From: Podarcis tiliguerta
Lineage: Eukaryota
Length of the DNA: 64,000 nt
Assembly (NCBI GenBank): GCA_965153285.1
Contig: OZ229110.1
Strand: one strand, 5' to 3'
A program made the translations under genes and the position numbers. The notes below the pieces were generated by a model, which was given only the letters and a program-made list of their open reading frames with translations, did not search any database and was not told the origin of the DNA. Shown piece after piece: positions 61,301 through 64,000 of the stretch (positions are counted from its first letter, which is position 1; every line of letters starts with the position of its first letter).

Positions 61301-64000
61301 TGAAAAAGTGACCAGAGGGGAATGGAGGGCTGATTTGGATTTGGCTTACTAAGTATCAAGAGGAAAACCCGCAGGTTTAAAAAGCCTGTATATTTTCCTC
61401 TCGGAGGATTAAAACAACTTTGGGGGAGGGCTAATTTGAATTGTGGGTGTGGAGAAGGCAAATGGTTAAACTGCCTCATTTTCCCCATGGCATCATCTCA
61501 ATTTAAATTGCCCCCTTCCCTGTGTTGACTTTTCCCAAAATATTAAGGTGTTAGGCGCTCCAAGCAAGAAATTCCTGTATCAATCATGTCTACTGGGCCC
61601 CTAGGCCCAAAGAATGATGATTGGGTGTCCCACCTATGCCTCCCCCTGTGGCTTCCAGGACTAATTCCACTTGCTCCGCTCTCTTCATTCCATGCCTTCC
61701 CCTCATTTCTTGCCTTTTATTATTGTCCGAGCCCCTACAAAATGCCCTGAATCTTGCAAAAGCCATACACAGAAGGAACTGTATGAATCCCACCCATTTA
61801 AGCAAAAGTGCATAATTTGTTCTGAGTAAATTTCAGCTCCCTTGTAGCCGAGAACACAGAGTCCTGCCCAAGACTGCCAGAGCACTGGGCTTCAGAGGAA
61901 GGGCATGAAAGAAGCGCCAAAGGCTATGGAATATTACCCTTTTGTGGGTGTGGTGGACATTTCCTTCCTGACTCAACATCTCGCAGCAGAATCATTAAAG
62001 GCTCTTGTGCCGCTCATTCAGTGAGCATAAAATCAAGTCAGAGCCCTGCCTTGTTTACAGCCGTCTCCCCAGCAGTTGCTGAGCAATTCATTCCTAATCT
62101 CCAACCCTGCCATGCATGTTGCATCCCATGCCTTAATGCCAAATACCAGTAAGTTACAAATCAGGCATGATGGCTTTCATCTGTTCCAAGCTGCAGGTTT
62201 GCAGTTAGCTCTGCAGAAACCTGGCATTAGCCACCAGGACTCGGGGAGATGCATCTAAAGCTAGACAAGTTGCCCCAAAGCAACAATTGTTCTCTTGCAG
62301 AGGATGAAGGGAAGCCTCCCTGCACCTTCTGAAGGAACAGGGAGAGAGGCTGAGATCTAGGGCTGTCACTTGAGGCACAAATTGCCCTGGCAGCTAGGAG
62401 TGCCTTTTACCAGCTTCAATTGGTAAGACAGCTACGGCCGCTACTGGACCAAGACAACCATTTTGATCCTGGCATTGGTAGCCTCAAGACTGGATTATTG
62501 CAATGGGCCTCCATGTGGCCCCTCCTCTCTTGAGACAAAACTGCCCCAAGCCAATCAGGGTGGGCATGACACACTTTATATAAGGACTATATTGCACACT
62601 AGACTTGCACTAACAAATACTTTGTGTCTAAGGCTATTTGCACACTATATATTTAAAGCACATTCTTTCCCCCCAAAGATTTCTGGGTACCAGTTTACCC
62701 CTCACAGTAGGGTAAATGCTTCTTGTTAAATAATCTGGAATGAGGTGTAGCAGTTGCACTAAAGAGTTGCAGTTCCCAGCAACTCTTAACCACCTTCAGT
62801 GCACAGAATTATTTGAGGGGGGAAATGTGCTTTAAAGGTATAACATGCCTAAGTTTGGCATATTTACCTCCCCCAAAAAACCCACCCACCACTGGCATGT
62901 TTACCCCACAAAAAACCCACCCACCCCTGGCATAGATAGATCCTATGGCATTTGCACGTTGTTTGCAAGTGTGGTTGCAAGAGCCCTCCTACCAGGCATT
63001 CCCCCAACACACCACCCTCAGGACTGCTGTGGGAACAGTTCAGTTTATCCATTCTATTTTGGACTAAGCCACATGAAACAATCCGGGGCCCTGGAGCAGC
63101 ATTCTTCTCCTACCAGCCCTAAAAGATTATGTGGGGGTGGGGGGACTTCTGAGCCCTAAGGATAAGACCCCCTGACTCATAAGAAAACAGAGAATAAGGC
63201 TTCCTACCTGCTACCCTGTGGGCCACCAGACCTTCAAGATGCAAAGGCTCTTCCTCTGTGGGGCGAGAAGGTTCCTCACTGTTCTCCGCATTCTTTATTG
63301 GTACCTGGGCTTGAATTGTCATCCCAGGGGATGGGGGTGACGTCAGCAGGGGATGCTGAGCTTCCATGAGCTTATATGCCATTGCATGAGGCCTGGGAGA
63401 TGTAGGAGGGCTTCCTGCAGACTGGCCATAGCTCCTGGCTTGCTGGTTCGGATAGCCATAGGACAAATAAGCCTCCTGGTCATCCTGTGCAGGGTACTCT
63501 GGCTCTGCAGCGTTGTGGAGCAACAGCTTTGTGGGATGAGCTTTAGGCGCCTGGTGGTCAGGCAGCTGGGACACAGAGATGCCCATGGAGTTGTGGGAAG
63601 GGCTTCCTGGAATAGGGCCAAAAGGATTGGTAGACTTTGGCTGCACCACTTGAGGACCAGTCACAGGCTGGGCAGATACTGAGAGAGCCACCGGGCGTGG
63701 TTTATCTTCTCTGGAAGACACCGGGACACTCTGGGACTTGTGCATCATGGAGACAGAAGGGTCTAGGTCAAGCATGAGCATGTTGAGGGCCTCAATGGAC
63801 TGCTCTATTTCCTTCTGGGAGGCCACCCTGGGGAATTCAGGGATGCTGATGCTTTGAGGGGGTGCTGCTTGTGAAGGGCTGGGCTGAGGGCTTGCACTGG
63901 AAACACTGGGACTTTGACTGTCTCGGGCACCATCCTGTTGGCGGGAAGGTGGTCTGCTGCCTCCACTTTGCTGCTGCCAAGAGTTAAGTCCCCTCTGGAC
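15173..64000 (-). CDS. TNS1: Tensin-1, 3' portion (17 coding exons; 5' end outside the window)
   Basis: Spliced translation gives TNS1-type peptides: [87 protein letters not shown], an SH2 domain ([21 protein letters not shown]...) and a PTB domain ending [13 protein letters not shown]. All introns are GT-AG and phases are consistent (3237 nt). Confidence 0.97.
17360..17392 (-). CDS. TNS1: TNS1 33-nt PTB exon ([11 protein letters not shown])
   Basis: Acceptor CTCCTCAG|, donor AAA|GTAAGT; phase 2-2; bridges ...QERK and LFGFVARK. Confidence 0.93.
17907..18100 (+). mobile_element. Degenerate tRNA-derived SINE
   Basis: TAGCTAAATGGTACAGCATCTGC...AGTCCAATCCCTGGCATC head; similar to copies at 31170, 31590 and 55328. 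Confidence 0.65.
18365..18440 (+). mobile_element. CR1 LINE 3' terminal fragment
   Basis: GGGTTGGACTGGATGACCCTCATGGTCCCTTCCAACTCT followed by an ATTCTATG-type tail, the standard CR1 3' end. Confidence 0.8.
19040..19108 (-). CDS. TNS1: TNS1 PTB exon ([23 protein letters not shown])
   Basis: Acceptor TGTTTCAG|, donor AAA|GTAAGT; 69 nt. Confidence 0.97.
19521..19689 (-). CDS. TNS1: TNS1 PTB exon ([21 protein letters not shown]...TLTDNQRK)
   Basis: Acceptor CCCTCCAG|, donor GAA|GTAAGA; 169 nt. Confidence 0.97.
21093..21164 (-). CDS. TNS1: TNS1 SH2-PTB linker exon ([24 protein letters not shown])
   Basis: Acceptor (TTC)nTTTTTTGAAG|, donor CAG|GTGAGT; 72 nt. Confidence 0.95.
21174..21193. repeat. 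(GAA)n/(TTC)n microsatellite forming a TNS1 polypyrimidine tract
   Basis: About 6-7 GAA units adjacent to the acceptor at 21165-21166. Confidence 0.9.
22374..22451 (-). CDS. TNS1: TNS1 exon ending the SH2 domain ([26 protein letters not shown])
   Basis: Acceptor TTGCCCAG|, donor GAG|GTAAAG; 78 nt. Confidence 0.97.
22751..24224 (-). mobile_element. Young 5'-truncated L2-clade LINE with an uninterrupted reverse-transcriptase frame
   Basis: Frame is open from ~24223 ([58 protein letters not shown]) to the stop at 22973; 3' UTR has GGGCGGGGTATAAAT and a (TAT)n tail. Confidence 0.95.
24492..24584 (-). CDS. TNS1: TNS1 SH2 exon ([31 protein letters not shown])
   Basis: Acceptor CCCAACAG|, donor TTG|GTAAGT; 93 nt. 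Confidence 0.97.
24772..25014 (+). mobile_element. 5'-truncated Sauria SINE
   Basis: Colinear with 7728-8097; CCTTTACCTTT tail; 12-bp TSD TACATGCTAGAA at 24760-24771 and 25015-25026. Confidence 0.92.
25542..25673 (-). CDS. TNS1: TNS1 SH2 exon ([32 protein letters not shown]...)
   Basis: Contains FIIRDS, the FLVRES-equivalent phosphotyrosine-binding motif; 132 nt; AG/GT boundaries. Confidence 0.97.
27569..27793. mobile_element. Tc1/mariner-superfamily MITE, intact
   Basis: Perfect 18-bp TIRs CAGTGGTACCTCGGGTTA, TA duplication on both sides, internal GCTTCAGGTTA repeats. Confidence 0.93.
28923..29186. mobile_element. MITE with 14-bp TIRs (GGCTC(C/G)TCCACACT)
   Basis: TIRs match 13/14; a related partial copy lies at ~41900-42110 in the opposite orientation (CTTGTCCCATGCCTAGAAA). 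Confidence 0.65.
29267..29353 (-). CDS. TNS1: TNS1 exon, start of SH2 domain ([29 protein letters not shown])
   Basis: Acceptor TCTCTTAG|, donor AAG|GTGGGT; 87 nt. Confidence 0.97.
29722..30599 (-). CDS. TNS1: TNS1 large Ser/Pro-rich exon ([12 protein letters not shown]...[13 protein letters not shown])
   Basis: Acceptor TTCCCCCAG|, donor CAG|GTAAAA; 878 nt open, phase 2-1; contains [21 protein letters not shown] and [13 protein letters not shown]. Confidence 0.95.
31170..31340 (-). mobile_element. Degenerate tRNA-derived SINE
   Basis: Reverse complement reads TGGTAGAGCA...GGTTCAATCCCCAGCAT...GGGAATACCTCT. Confidence 0.65.
31590..31762 (+). mobile_element. Degenerate tRNA-derived SINE
   Basis: ATAGAGC...GGTTCAATTCCCAGCACC...GGAAAATACCTCT; homologous to 31170-31340. 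Confidence 0.65.
32760..32955 (-). CDS. TNS1: TNS1 exon ([13 protein letters not shown]...SSPMHSMDG)
   Basis: Acceptor CATTTCAG|, donor TGG|GTAACG; 196 nt, phase 1-2. Confidence 0.95.
34313..34356. repeat. (TAT)n microsatellite, probably a retroelement tail
   Basis: About 12 TAT units preceded by TAC units. Confidence 0.9.
35729..35781. repeat. Compound (CA)n microsatellite with GA interruptions
   Basis: CACACACACAGA units in tandem. Confidence 0.9.
36730..36870. mobile_element. Degenerate palindromic hAT MITE (family of 42188-42323)
   Basis: CCAGATGTTGCTGGACTCCAGCTCCCA...TGGGAGTTGGAGTCCAACAACATCTGG arms. Confidence 0.75.
38377..38412 (-). CDS. TNS1: TNS1 36-nt micro-exon ([12 protein letters not shown])
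   Basis: Acceptor GCCCCTCAG|, donor AAG|GTAAGG; phase 1-1; acidic peptide preceding [13 protein letters not shown], as I recall for amniote TNS1. Confidence 0.82.
38910..39140 (+). mobile_element. Old LINE 3' fragment, probably CR1-type
   Basis: GGATTAGTCAAATTCATGGAG...GGATGCTGGACTAGATG...TGATCCAGCAGG; similar fragments at ~55770-55980 (-) and ~59940-60070 (+). Confidence 0.55.
41457..41549 (-). CDS. TNS1: TNS1 exon ([30 protein letters not shown])
   Basis: Acceptor ACAACAG|, donor GAG|GTAAGT; 93 nt, phase 1-1; conserved TNS1 peptide. Confidence 0.95.
42188..42323. mobile_element. Palindromic hAT-type MITE
   Basis: Long near-perfect arms (CCTCCAGATGTTTTGGGACTACAACTCCCATCATCCCT and its reverse complement); flanks TGTTAGAG / TGCTGGAG are a 6/8-match 8-bp TSD. 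Confidence 0.85.
45261..45362. mobile_element. Partial Tc1/mariner MITE
   Basis: TA|CAGTCGTACCTTGG terminus, related to the 3677 and 27569 elements. Confidence 0.6.
48571..48646 (-). CDS. TNS1: TNS1 exon ([25 protein letters not shown]); an alternative donor extends it to 48508
   Basis: Acceptor TTTTTTACAG|; donor GTG|GTGAGA after 48571 and a second donor TAC|GTAAGT after 48508, 63 nt apart in frame. Confidence 0.93.
49564..49763 (-). CDS. TNS1: TNS1 exon ([12 protein letters not shown]...ANPGGRPKE)
   Basis: Acceptor TTTCAG|, donor GAG|GTGCTT; 200 nt, phase 1-0; [12 protein letters not shown] and [10 protein letters not shown] resemble TNS1. Confidence 0.93.
50775..50982 (+). mobile_element. 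tRNA-derived SINE with an L2-like tail (MIR-like)
   Basis: A-box TGGTGCAGTGG, B-box GGTTCAAATCT, core ACCTACCTCACAGGGTTGTTG, tail GGGTATAAATGTAACAATAAATAAT. Confidence 0.8.
51550..51951. mobile_element. hAT-superfamily non-autonomous element
   Basis: 10-bp TIRs TAGGGATGGG / CCCATCCCTA; 8-bp TSD CCAATGAT / CCAATGAC (7/8 match). Confidence 0.85.
55328..55570 (+). mobile_element. Degenerate tRNA-SINE followed by a palindromic MITE fragment
   Basis: TAGCTCAGCAG...GGTTCAATC head, then TGTTGGACAACAGCTCCCATC...GCAGTCCAACAACATCTG. Confidence 0.55.
58338..58424 (-). CDS. TNS1: TNS1 87-nt exon, probably an alternative cassette ([29 protein letters not shown])
   Basis: Pyrimidine-rich acceptor CCCCTGTCAG| and donor CTG|GTTTGT; symmetric phase 1-1, no stops, fits between its neighbours. 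Confidence 0.8.
62630..62850. mobile_element. MITE with subterminal inverted repeats
   Basis: TTTAAAGCACATT...CCCCC and GGGGGAAATGTGCTTTAAA arms. Confidence 0.6.
63208..64000 (-). CDS. TNS1: TNS1 large central exon (partial, runs off the window)
   Basis: Open frame [11 protein letters not shown]...[27 protein letters not shown]...[10 protein letters not shown]; donor GCAG|GTAGGA (phase 1). Confidence 0.95.

Noticed and set aside
62463-62729. ORF starting ...SRLDYCNG
   Set aside because: Only a very short decayed L2 fragment followed by a MITE; not a gene.
1-64000. Hundreds of 60-170 aa ORFs in the six-frame track
   Set aside because: Apart from TNS1 exons and LINE fragments they show no recognisable domains or splice structure, and many use non-ATG starts. 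This is expected noise in vertebrate introns.

Overview
This is eukaryotic genomic DNA from a squamate reptile. Sauria SINE, Bov-B, L2 and CR1 repeats support that; a lacertid-type lizard is a guess. The window holds the 3' part of tensin-1 (TNS1) on the minus strand. I traced 17 coding exons from the window edge (64000) to the TGA stop at 15173-15175. All introns are GT-AG and all phases join in frame, giving 3237 nt (1078 aa plus stop). These exons encode the disordered central region with a talin-binding LD-like helix, then the SH2 and PTB domains. A probable ~5.5 kb 3' UTR ends at AATAAA signals near 9630-9980. Bases 1 to ~9.5 kb look intergenic. Most ORFs in the six-frame track are spurious; the real ones are TNS1 exons or LINE reverse-transcriptase fragments. 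I found no convincing new biological system. The best leads are modular phase-1 alternative splicing in the TNS1 disordered region, a young sense-oriented L2 LINE inside an SH2-domain intron, and several transposons with readable target-site duplications (TSDs), one with an atypical 6-bp TSD.
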